From NCBI RefSeq assembly GCF_009914755.1, contig NC_060929.1: 64,000 nucleotides of DNA. One strand, 5' to 3'. How positions within the stretch are numbered: the first letter of the stretch is position 1; each line of letters begins with the position of its first letter. The notes beneath the pieces were generated by a model. It worked only from the letters and a program-made list of their open reading frames with translations, had not been told where the DNA came from and made no database searches. This document shows positions 33,885 to 47,500 of this stretch, in pieces. This DNA is from the human T2T-CHM13v2.0 reference genome, Homo sapiens. A program made the translations under genes and the position numbers.

Positions 33885-34240
33885 ATATCTTCCCTGAGAA
33901 ATAATCACATACCATACAATTTACCCATTTAAAATATATAGTTCAATGGTTTTTATTATATTCACAGAGTTGTTCAGCCATCACCACAATATCATTTTGG
34001 AAAATTTTCGTTACTTTTAAAATAAGCCCCATACCAATTAGTAGTCCTTCTCTATTCCTCCTTATTCTTCCCAGGCAATAATTAATCTACTTTCTATCTA
34101 TAGATTTTCCTACTGTGAACATTTCATGTAAATGGAGTCATACAATATATGGTGTTTTTGTCACTTGTTTCTTTCACTTAGCATGATGTTCTCAAGGTTT
34201 ATTCATATTGTAGCTTGTATGACTTCTTTGCTCCATTTTT
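33885..34240 (-). mobile_element. L1MB 3' end
   Basis: cacataccatacaatttacccatttaaaa...atttcatgtaaatggagtcatacaatat...ctttcacttagcatgatgtt. Confidence 0.75.
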
Positions 34241-34794
34241 CTTTTTTCCCCACTTCCTCCTTTCAAATATACTGTATTTATATCCATCACTCAGTAACAA
34301 CTCCAATGCAAGAACAGGTGTGTAACCCCTGGGTCCAGGGCCCACTGGTGTGGCTGGAAGCTGTTGCTCCAGTGGAGCCATTGATGATGCCTGCTTGCTC
34401 ATTCCATACATACGTCCCTCCCTAGACACTGGGAAGCTGGCTGCCTTGCACTGCCATTGGGTAAGCTCGACTGGAATGCTCTGGCCAGATGTACTGAAAA
34501 GGGGGCCATTGTGTCTCTTTTATTCTTCTGGTAGAGGCTCTGATTTTGGCTAAATACAGATGTCATGAGAGCTAGAGAGGGCTTGGAAGGATGAGTGCGT
34601 GTTCTTGGAAGGTGGGTGAAGTGGGGTGTCTCTGGGACCAATACTGTGCCCCACCATATGCTCCAGGCCTGCTCTGGGATGGCTGAATCACACATGATGC
34701 TGGACTCTGTCATCACAGCTACCTTGTCACACAGAGGTAGGCAAATGAAGGATGGTAAAGCAGAAGTTCCACACATGTTCACATTCACCTGGTC

Positions 34795-35849
34795 GAGCTT
34801 GGATCATAATCTCTAAAGAAACAACCTTGAACACCATAATCCTAAGTGTTGACATAACAAAAGATCAAAATTCCTAAAGTTAAAATCTCTAAAGTCTAAA
34901 ATCCCTAATGTCAAAAATCTGAATATCGCAATCACAGAATAGTGCATCATATCAGTCCAGCTCTTCTGTACTATCTCCATGCAATTGCTCCTAATCGACC
35001 CCTAATATAAAAGTGTATCCTGTAATATACTTTTTCATATATGAAATTTTCTTTTCAGTTTTTTTCAATTTTTTTCACACTATTTCAATTTGTCAGAATT
35101 ATTTTTTACAATTCACTATGCCATGTATTTTATCTTCATGTCATTTCCAGTACTGGAGATATAAATTGTGCAGAAATTTATTAATTCATTTTATGCAATT
35201 TTTTTTTGCAAATTTGACTCCATAAAAGTGTATTGTCACAACACTGACTTTGTGTATAAGCATTGTACATGTATGTAGAAATATTGAAACTTCCTCAATA
35301 AATGAAGAGATATATTTTTATTTTTTGTACATCTGTATTTGTGAAAGATAAAATTTATTGACATCTCAGCTCTCTGGGTGACTGCATATGCGGTGGTGAC
35401 CTGTCTCAGTTTTTGATCTATTTCCTCAAAAGGTTTTGATGGTTCATCATGATACTTCAGATGACCACAGTTAGAAAGCTGGTGCACACAATGACCAATA
35501 ATGGTAGTAGGTTTTTATACATTTCCCTTTTTGACCTATTTATTTATGAATATGGCTTATCTGTTTATTGCTGTTTTACTCTTGAAACTGTCATTAGTAT
35601 ACCCGTTTATGTTTACAGAAATATGTATGTTATTATTGCCTAATTTATGGTGTAAAGTGGCCTATGAAGTGTTCTATTGTTGCTTGATGTTTCTCAAATA
35701 ACCCCCCTTACAAAAAGGTAAATACATATATCATAATTTTTGAAATTATTTTTTCCAGAACTATGTTTTTTGGATTTAATCTTTTGGGATTTCAACATTC
35801 AAGATTATGGTGTCTGGGATTGTGTCTTTTCAAATTATGATCCACTCCC
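34795..35849. mobile_element. Ricksha-type non-autonomous MULE/MuDR DNA transposon
   Basis: Imperfect terminal inverted repeats of about 75 bp. The left end ggatcataatctctaaagaaacaaccttgaacaccataatcc pairs with the right end gattatggtgtctgggattgtgtcttttcaaattatgatcc. It also has a subterminal ctaaagtctaaaatccctaa repeat and flanking cctgg on both sides. Confidence 0.8.
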
Positions 35850-35904
35850 GGCCTGGATTATGAGGCAAATAATTTTTTTATTTGATTTTTCTTGTCCAAA
35901 GGCT

Positions 35905-36930
35905 TTTTTTCCATTTTGATAAAACTGCACAGAATATAAAGTTTACCATTTTTAAATGTGCAGCTCGGTGGTATTAAATACATTTATTATGCTGCACAGC
36001 TATCATCAACATCTATCTTGATAATTCTTTGACTTTGTAAAGCTGAAAATCCATACCCATTAAACAATAAATCTACATTTCCTTCTGCCCCAATACCTAG
36101 CAACCACCATTCTACTTTATGTTTCTACAATTTTGACTGCTCTAAGTACCTCCTATAAGTAGAATCATGTGGTATTTGACTTTTTTGACTGACTTATTTC
36201 ACTTTGCATAATGTCTTCAAGCTTCATCTATGTTGTAGCACATGTCAGAATTTTCTGTCCTCTTTAAGGCTGCAAAATATTCCATTATATGAATATAACA
36301 TATTTTATTTTTCTAAGAATCAGTCAACATTTGGGTTCATCCCACATTTTGGCTATCATGAATAATGCTGCCATGAACATTTATATACAATTGTTTGTGT
36401 GAGCATAAGTTTTCATTTGTTTTCATATATACTTAAGATCACACAGTAATATGTTTAACATTTTGGGGAACTACCAAACTGTTTCCAAAATAGATGTGCC
36501 ATTTTATTTTATATTACTACCAGCAATGTATAAAAGTTCCAATTTCTTCTCAACCTTGACAACGTGTATTATTCTCCTATTATCCATTTTATAATCATTC
36601 TGTTGGGTATGAAGTGGTATCTCACTGGAGTTTTGAATTGAACTTCACAAATGATTAATGATGTTGAACATCTTTTCATGTTCTTATTGGTTATTTTTAT
36701 ATTGATTTTGATAAATATGGCCTTTGCTCATTTTGAATTAGATGACTTTCCTTTTTGTTGTTGAGTTGCAAGAGTCACCATAAATTCTAGATACAAGTCC
36801 TTCATCACATATAGGATTTATGAATATTTCCTGTATTTTTACTTTCTTGATGATGCCCTTTGAATAAAAATGTTTTAATATTAATGAAGTCCAATTTATC
36901 TATATTTTCCTTTTGTTGTTTGTGCTTTTT
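35905..36930 (-). mobile_element. L1MB (3' UTR into ORF2), resuming at about 39319-39720 after a nested L1PB
   Basis: Antisense L1M motifs (gaataatgctgccatgaacat, gaagtggtatctcactggagttttga). TSD tgttg(t/c)ttgtgcttttt at 36914-36930 and 39319-39335. Confidence 0.75.
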
Positions 36931-39320
36931 AAAATTTTATTTATTTATTATTTCAATAGCTTTTGTAGAACAGGTGGTGTTTGGTTACATGGATAAGTTC
37001 TTTAGATGTGATTTCTGAGATTTTGGTGCACACATCACCTGAGCAGTGTATGCTGTACCCAATATGCAGTCTTTAATCCCTCACCCTCCTCCCACCCTTC
37101 CCCTCAATTCCCCAGAGTCCATTATATCATTTTTAATGCCTTTGCTTGCTCATATCTTAGCTCCCACTTATAAGTGAGAACATACTATGTTTGGTTTTCC
37201 ATTCGCGCATTGCTTCACTTAGAATAATGGTCTCCACCTCCATCCGGGTTGCTGCAATGCCATTATTTCATTCCTTTTCATGACTGAGTTCCCAGCTGAA
37301 TTCTATCAGACGTTCAAAGAAGAATTGGTACAAATCCTATGGAAACTATTCAAGAAAAACAGAGAAAGAAGGAATCCTCCCTAAATGATTCTATGAACCC
37401 AGTATTACCCTAATACCAAAGCCAGGAAAAGACATAACAATGCCACTGCCAACAAAGCTATAGACCAATATCCCTGATGAACACAGATGCAAAAATCCTC
37501 AACAAAATCCTAGCTAACTGAATCCAACAGCATATCACAAAGATAATACAACGTCATCAAGTGGGTTTTATACTAAGGATGCAGGATCGGTTTTACATAT
37601 GCAAGTAAACAAATGTGATACACCACATAATAAGAAGTAAAAAGAAAAATCATATGATCATCTCAATAGATGCAGAAAAAACATTTGACAAAATCCAGTA
37701 TTCCTTTATGATTAAAACTCTCTGCAAAATTGGCATAGTAGGGACATACCTTAAGGTAATAAAAACCATCTATGACAAATGCACAGCTAACATTATACCG
37801 AACGGGGAAAAGTTAAAAGCGTTTCCCCTGAGAACTGGGACAAAACAAGAATGCCCACTTTCACCACTTTCATTCAACCCTAGCACTGAAAGTTCTAGCC
37901 AGACCAATCAGAGAAATAAATATATTGATCAAGAGAAAGAAATAAAGGGCATCCAAATTGGTGAAGAGGAAGTCAAATTGTCTCTGTTCACTGATGACAT
38001 GATTGTATACCTAGAAGACTCTAAAGGCTCATCCAAAAAGCAACTAGCTCTGATAAATGAATTCAGTAAAGTCCAGGATACAAAATCGATGTAGACAAAT
38101 AAATAGCACCTATACACCAACAGTGACCAAGCTGAAAATCAAATCAAAGACTCAATCCCTTTTACAACAGCTGCCAAAAATAAAATAAAAAATACTTAGG
38201 ATTAAACCTAACCAAGGATGTGAAAGAGCCCTCCAAGAGAAACTACAAAACACTGCTGAAATGAATCATAGATGACATAAACAAATAGAAACACATCCCA
38301 TGCTCATGGATGGGTAGAATCAATATTGTGAAAATGACCGTAATGCCAAAAGCAATGTGCAAATTTAACACAATTCCCATCAAAATACCACCATAATTCT
38401 TCACAGAACTAGAGAAAATATTCTAAAATTCATATGAACAATAAAAGACCCTGCATAGCCAAAGCTAAGGCTAAGCAAAACAAAATCAGCAATAATAATA
38501 ATAATAATCCCATCAAAAAGTGAGTTAAGGACGCGAATAGAGAATTCTCAAAAGAAGACATACAAGTGGCCAACAAACATATGAAAAAATATTCAACATT
38601 GCTAATAATCAGGGAAATACAAATCAAAACCACAATGCGACACCACCTTACTCCTGCAAGAATAGCCATAATTAAAAATAAAAAATAATAGATGTTGGGA
38701 TGGATGTGGTAAAAAGGGAACACTTTTACACTGCTGATGGGAATATAATCTAGTACAACCACTCTGAAGAACAGTATGGAGATTCCTTAAAGAACTAAAA
38801 GTAGACCTACCATTTGATCCAGCAATCCCACTACTGGTTATCTACCCAGAGGAAAAGAAGTCATTCTATGATAAAGACACTTGCACATGCATGTTTATAG
38901 CAGCACAATTCGCAATTGCAAAAATATGGAACCAGCATAAATGCCCATCAACTGAGTGGATAGACAACTAAATGCAACTTGAGATCCTGGATGACATTCT
39001 GCATTGAGGGTGGGGAAAGGCCTAAGGAGAGCCAGACTTTAGGCAATTGGGACAACTAGTTGTTTGAATAATTAATTAGACATGGCTGAAAGAATAATCT
39101 GGGAGGTGGTGCTGAGCATAGAATTTAATAACTCCCTTGTAGAACATTGTATTTCTCCAGTGTAACATTTCTCAAATGATAGTGACATGTCTGTATCTTT
39201 TACTAGAATGTAAGCTCCGTGAACACAGTGAGTTGTCACATCTATCTGGTTCACCACTCTGTCCAAGTGCTCAATGCATTGCCAATAAATGTGGTTTAAA
39301 ACATAAAAAAAAAGAAAATG
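36931..39320 (-). mobile_element. L1PB with 5' inversion (twin priming), internal deletion and nested insert
   Basis: The antisense 3' end at 36931-37289 is joined to sense ORF2 at 37290-38962 (ORF 37615-38094, [11 protein letters not shown]). ORF2 jumps at about 38480. Flanked by a 17-bp TSD. Confidence 0.85.
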
Positions 39321-39877
39321 TTGCTTGTGCTTTTTATGTCATAGTTAAGAAACCACTGCCAAACCAAGGTTACAAAAGTTTATTTCTATGCTTTTTACTA
39401 AGAGTTTTATAGGCTTAGCTCTTCCATTTTGTGTTAATTTTTGTGAATAGTATGAGATAGGAGTCTGAATTTATTTTTTTTTAATGTCCGTATATAGTTG
39501 TTCCAGCTTCATTGGCTGAAAACTCACCACTGAATTGTTTTGCCACCCACATAAAAAGCCATTTGACCACAAATATATGACTTCATTTCTGAACTCTTAA
39601 TACGGTTAATTAATCGATATATCTACCCTTCATCCAGTACCACTCTGTCTTTATTACAAGAGATTTTTAGTAAGTTTTTAATGAAGGAAGTGTTAGCTGT
39701 TTCACTTTGTCCTTTCAAAATGTTATGTTTGTCTTTGGGTTTTAACATTCTGATCATGATATATCTGTGTGTAGATTATTTGTATTTATCCTACTTGGAG
39801 TTCATTAAATTTTAGGATATACAGATCATTTTCCATCACATTTGGAAAGTTTTCTGCCATTAATTTTTCCAATATGT

Positions 39878-40181
39878 GGCCGGGTGCAGTGGCTCATGCC
39901 TGTAATCCCAGCACTTTGAGAGGCCGAGTTGGGTGGATCATGAAGTCAAGAGTTTGAGACCAGCCTGACCAACATGGTGAAACCCTGTCTCTACTAAATA
40001 TAGAAAAATTAGCTGGGCTTGGTGGCGTGCACCTGTAATCCCAGCTACTCAGGAGGGTAAGGAAGGAGAATTGCTTGAATCCCAGAGGCGGAGGTTGCAG
40101 TGAGCCGAGATTTCACCACGGCACTCCAGCCTGGGCGACAGAGCGAGACTCTGTCTCAAAAAAAAAAAAAAAAAAAAAAAA
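39878..40181 (+). mobile_element. AluSg-like
   Basis: Full dimer with a long A-tail and TSD ttccaatatgt. Inserted in an old antisense L1M region (about 39720-40690). Confidence 0.9.
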
Positions 40182-40695
40182 TTCCAATATGTTTCCTATT
40201 CCAATATGTCTTTCTCTCCTCTTCTGGTGCTTCTAGAATGTTGTTGCATTAACTGATACTCTTATTTCTCTGAGATTATGTTTACTTTTCTTTATTTTTT
40301 TTCCTTGTCCTGAGATTGTCATTCTCTATCCACCTGTCTTCAAGGGTGTTGATTTCATTTTCTTCTACAAGGCTATATCTACTATGGATTCCCTTTAGTA
40401 AATTTTCCATATTGAGCATTTTAATTTTCACCTCCAGAACTTCTATTTGGTTTTTAAAAATGTTTTATCTCTTTATTGATATCTCTAATTTAATGAGACA
40501 TTGCCATTATACTATCCCTTACTTAATCATGATTTTCTTTAATTTTTTAATATTAGCATTTCTATTTATATTAGATGCTTTGAAGTTTTGTTTTTATTTT
40601 GGTCTGTATCTCGGCCCTGTCAAAATCTGTTTCTATTGGCCACTTTTCTTTTTAGTTTTCTGTGTATGGGACCTATTTTCCCATTTCTTTGCATG

Positions 40696-41000
40696 GTGTT
40701 TTAGTTTGCTCTTCTATAACAGAATACCATGGATTGGGTGGGTAAAACAATAAATAATAATTTACCACAGTTCTGGAGGCTGGAATGACCAAAATCAAGG
40801 TGCCAGCAGATTCAGTAGTTGGTGAGCACATTCTCTTCGTATACTCACATGGCTGAGGGCAAAGAGAAAAAGGATGAGCTCTTACAGTGTTCTGATAAGA
40901 GGAAATGAACATGCTTCATCTTCATAACCTAACTACCTCTCAAAGGCCCCACCTCCTAATACCATCATATTGGAAGGGCACAAACATTCTGTCCATAACA
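40696..41000 (-). mobile_element. MaLR solo LTR (MLT1A/MSTD-like)
   Basis: ctataacagaataccatgga...cacagttctggaggctggaa...tcaaggtgccagcagattc...aaaggccccacctcctaataccatc...aaacattctgtccataaca. Confidence 0.75.
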
Positions 41001-41306
41001 CATATTTCATAATTGTGTGCTGGAAACTGGATAGACAATATATTGTATCAACTCTGGATACTTATCCCTTCAAAAGCATGTTATTGTTTGGTTGTTTACT
41101 TGTTTGTTTACTGATTTGAATGGAGGATTTGGGTGAAGTTTATTTACCCCACAGTATGCAGCTTCTGATGTCATACCTTATATTGTGCAGCGTGGGTTTG
41201 TATTAAGTCCCTGACTACCAGTGAGAGGACTGGTAATTTAGCCAGGATGTCTCTTTGACCTTTGCTTTCTCAGTTGATTAACTGGCTCATCTGCCTCTTA
41301 TTATCT

Positions 41307-41663
41307 TATATGGTTTGGCTGTGTTCCCAACGCAATCTCATCTTGAATTGTAGCTCCCACATTTCCCACCTGTTGTGGGAGGGACCCAGTGGGAGGTAAT
41401 TGAATCATGGGGGCAGGTCTTTCCTGTGCTGTTCTCATGATAGTGAATAAGTCTCATGAGATCTGATGGTTTTATAAAGGGGAGTTTCCCTGCACAAGTT
41501 GTCTTCTCTTGTCTGCTGACACGTAAGGTGTGCATTTCGCCTTCAGCCATGATTGTGAGGCCTCCCCGCCACGTGGAACTGTGAGTCCATTAAACTTTTT
41601 TTAATTTATAAATTACCCAGCCTCTGGTATGTTTTTATCAGCAGCGTGAAAACAGACTAACAC
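41307..41663 (+). mobile_element. THE1 solo LTR
   Basis: atatggtttggctgtg...gtctcatgagatctgatggttttataaagggg...ttatcagcagcgtgaaaacagactaacaca. Confidence 0.92.
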
Positions 41664-42124
41664 ATGATCGGACACTCAGCCTCCATTGTTGACCTCCACC
41701 AAATTCTAGCTGATTGTTGTATTGTTTTTGACCAACGGGGCATGTATTATAAAACAGTCTGATCCAATTAATGTTGGGCTGCTTTGCACGAGTAGATATT
41801 TTAGGCTTAGTCTCACCTTATACTTTAGGAGGGCCCTTCTTAGCTGTTTCTTTCCCTGTTTCTCTCTTATAAACATAATCTTGTAGCTGGTCTCCTACTT
41901 TTGTCTCCTTTTAGTTGTTCACAATCAAAATCTCCAGTATTTTTGACAATACCCTTAGACATAAACTTCTACACTGCCTTCCAAATATAGTTGGTCTCCT
42001 TAGGAAAAGCTGAGGTGACTCTATTCTGGTGGCCTGCTTTTTAGCTAGGAAGAATCTAAATAAGAACCTAAACTAAGGACTCTGATTCAGAGGTGATGAT
42101 CTTGAGCCCTTTTGGCAAGGTGGT

Positions 42125-42630
42125 TTCTGCTGGATCTTGGTGGAGTCTCTGGAATTTTCCAAGATCTCCACTCCACACCAAGATCACTGGGAAAATTTGT
42201 TAATCAACAAAAATTAAGCTTATTAAACTTACCGCAGCAAGAGAGAACATGAACTACTTAGCAGAGCCTTATTTGTGTTTCGAAAGGAGAAAGGGTTGTT
42301 AAAAGAAATAAGACTTTTATTTTGGTATTTTAGGTGATTTTACAAGATAAGAAACTTGAAATTAAACAGAATTATGATATAATAGCTTTGGATTGGTGGG
42401 TTCCTCAAATCGATGGTCTTAAAATGAGTCTTGATAGTGTTCTTAGTTTTGACATGTAGAATCATTTATTTGGGTTACAAACTCATTTTCTGTGAGGAAA
42501 TAATTTCCTAGGGCCAACTGCTAGGTTATTTTTTGTTTGGTGTCAGAATTGTTTAACTAGGAATAGAAAAATGTGCATGGTTTCATTTTTTATGTAGGGA
42601 CAGGTAATTATATTGTCTTCATTTCTCACC
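42125..42630. mobile_element. Possible old ERV1-type solo LTR
   Basis: About 500 bp with LTR-like motifs (aattaagcttattaaacttaccgcagcaagagagaac). Family not identified. Confidence 0.35.
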
Positions 42631-42985
42631 ATCTATATACGTCCTATTTTTGAGAAGGAATGTGGAGGAAATAATATTAAGGAAAAAAAAACAGGACAAA
42701 TAAGCTACTTATTGAACATTTATAACTCAATTACATTTGGTGTTTGAACTTTCTATGCATAATAAAAATATTTAAATTAACATTGGTAAAACAAGGCTAA
42801 CTTTTAACCTTTTCTGCTGAAATTACTTATATAAAAATTTAAGGTCAAAACATTTTAAGTTTTATCTGTCCTCAGGTTTATTTGAAATGTGGTTCTTTAT
42901 TTAAAATTCTTTCATATATTTGTCTAAGTTTCTTCTTTGGTCCTAATAATTTGGTTTAACTGTGATATTTTTATCTCTGTCTTCA

Positions 42986-44385
<1,400 letters not shown>

Positions 44386-44468
44386 AGACTTGCATTATAA
44401 TGACTAAGTAAATATTGTTCAATTCAGAGCCAAAGGATGTGCTACTACATATATAGACACATATATAC

Positions 44469-44500
44469 ATAGATAGATAGATAGATGGATAGATAGATAT

Positions 44501-44547
<47 letters not shown>

Positions 44548-44552
44548 TAGAT
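44469..44552. repeat. (GATA)n tetranucleotide microsatellite
   Basis: Direct reading. Confidence 0.95.
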
Positions 44553-47500
44553 GTATTTTGTCACAGTTGCCATCATCCCATCACCAGGAGGTACTTATTG
44601 CTTATATTTTTCTTATCTGCCTTTTTATGACATGCCTAAACTATGTCAATGTCTCAAGCTTATCTATTGATCTACGGAATCCAAGAGATGCAAAAGCATT
44701 TATATCCACCTGGCCCTCTTACCCTGTTACCCTCTTCATCTGTTCTCATCATTGAGTCTAATGATTTCTTTAGGCCTTCTGCATAGATGTTATTCTCTAC
44801 TTGTACTTTCCTTACTTTTCTGAGTCCAAATTTTGTTTGCTTCAATCTTCTTGGAATAATCTCATATTTTGCAAAGCAATCCTCAGGTTACTTCTTAGCA
44901 TATGGTATTCAAGGGGTAAAATTTCTGGATGTTTTTATATCCAAAGTTGCCTTTATTCTGCACTTCACTTGACAATTTTGTTGGGCAAAATTTGTAGTTG
45001 AAATCTTTTATTTGTAGTTGAAAATTTGTAGTTGAAAACCTCAGCATATTTTCTTCCAGCAATCAGTTTGATTTTAACCTGATTCACATTACTTTTTTTT
45101 TTTACAGAAATTTCAGAATCCTTGACTTTATCCACAGTGTTCTGAAATTTCATGACAAGTGTGTTCACTTATATTATCTTCTTCAGCATGAACGGCAGTT
45201 TAAAGAAGCTTGTCACTCTTAAATCCAGCATATTGGTGTAAATGATTGTATAATCAAGCTTTCTGCCTTTGAAACTGTTGGACATTTGGAATCAATTAGG
45301 TACTTTATATTTTCGACTTACCTTTTATTCTACATTTTTGGGTATTTTCTGCATTTGAGTTTCTAAACTTTCTATTGCATTTTAATTTTTTCAGTTATAT
45401 TTTTAATTTCCAAGAGATATTTCTCCCTCTCTGAACATTGCTATTTCATGGTATCTCTTATTCTTATATTATCATTTATCTGAGGCTACTAAATTAAATT
45501 TAGTTCTAAATATTTGGATTACGTCTACTCTAACATCAAATTGTGTATTTTATTATCTAGAATTTTTCTCTTTCCCCCTGCAATTTCTGAAACAATTTGG
45601 ATAACCCTTGGTTTCCCTCTCATATTTAAGAATAAAACAAAATAAATTCTTAGGAGCTCTGAGGGTATGGGTCAAGCACACCTAGTTTTAAGTTCTACTT
45701 TAAGAAATAGTCAAGGATCTGTTAGAATTATGTTCTCTAACCTTTAATTTAAAACACCAGACCTCTTATTAGATTGGACCAAAGATTTCTTCTCTTCACA
45801 CTGTACACCACACCAGGTAAATTGTCCCTGATTTTTAAACATTGTATTTAGTTGTGATTATCTAATTTCTGTGTGGTGATCATTTTGTAGAAAGGGCAGG
45901 GAAAATATGTAGAGAAGTTCGACTTTTTCAATGTAACCTTTTAATTAATACCTGCCCTTCTCCTTCCTGCCCTCCATTGAATGTACATTAATTGTATTCC
46001 TGTGTCTTGGGGTATAAGCTAAGCTAAATAACTGAACCCATTGCTTTAGCTCCATTTTGTGGGGCATATCCATCACAATTAACACTATTTCCTTAGTTTT
46101 TCATCTTTGAGAAATGTGTTGACTCTCTTGCCTGGTGATAGCATGGCAAGAATTTTCTTCCCATTTTCCTTGTGCTTCTGGCTTATCCTTTTTCCCCTCA
46201 AGTTTCTTTAATGTCATTCTGTTGGGTTTTTAGTAGAACAGGAAATAAACTCAGAAGTTGAGCTAGACATTCTAATCTTATTATGCTTTAACAATAGTGT
46301 AGGCACCCCACTATTTAATCACATTCAAAAACTCTTTTCACCTACTATGTAAGCAATAGTTAGAGAGTATATTGCTATTGTTGAGAGCAATTAGATGGAT
46401 GACCGTGCGCTGTCCGTGGCAGTGTACATTGATATTATTATTATGAAAACAAATTTGGCTATATGGATCAAGACACTTAAAGATTTAATGTCTGGTAATT
46501 GTAACAATCTGTCCTAAGCAACTATCTAGAGACTTGTATGAAGAACTCTGAACAGAGCTGTTCATAGCAGTTTAAAATAATAAGAAGTTTTAAGTAACCA
46601 AACTGTCAAAAAGTTAGGAAGTTATTATACAAAAATATAGTAACAACTGTGGAAAGAAATTTTAGGCAACGAACAAAAATCAAGACATGTTTAAATGATG
46701 ACAATATAATATTAGAGGAGAAAGCAGGATAAAACTGTGTATTAAATAAAATTGAATTGTAAGTCATTACCCTTTTTTTTAGTCAAAACAGTCAAATATT
46801 GCCATTTTAAATAAAAATATAAATGTATTTTAAATAAGTATAATTATATGACTTTAAAATTTCATAAGTCAAAATGGATTATATAAATATAAATTAAATT
46901 GGATAGAATGATTACAGGGAGAAAATACTAACAGGTGTTATCTTGAGGTGATATAATTTCGGTTGATTTTTATTTTTCAAATTATCTATAGAGAATGCAC
47001 TGTATTTGTAATCAGAGTAAAAACTACTAGTTTCTATCCATGTTTTGGAGTTCACACTGTGAACAACTTGTAAACTTCAAAATATCTTGGCTATTAAATA
47101 CTTATCCAGAATGAGTGACACAGATGTAGGAAAACATATTCTAGTGTTATTCATTGCAGTGTTTCTTTAATATGCATGAACTGTATCATTCTACTCTCAG
47201 GGTATTTATACCATTAGAACAGCGTATATAGAACAAGTGCACTGCTTTAAGATAGGATTTGATATTATGGATTCACGAAGAGCTGTGTTCCTGCTCTACC
47301 CCATCCCATTGAGGAACTTTGTTGGCTTCACGTCTATTTGGCGTACTTTTTGCTGCTGTAGGCATTTTTCATCTTCTGCATAGAAAGCACCTTTTCTCTG
47401 TTAAAGTTCAGTGCCATTCAGAAAGATAGTGGCTTAGAAGGGAGGTTGCAAAAGCAAGATAAGAGACTTTTAAAATTAATACATTAACAGACAAGTCTGA

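Noticed and set aside
40316-40753. 145-aa hydrophobic ORF resembling a membrane protein
   Set aside because: T-rich antisense old L1 plus MaLR LTR sequence; the hydrophobicity is compositional.
47280-47420. Short minus-strand frames (RKGAFYAEDEK... / EKVLSMQKMK...)
   Set aside because: Weak acceptor and no recognisable homology.
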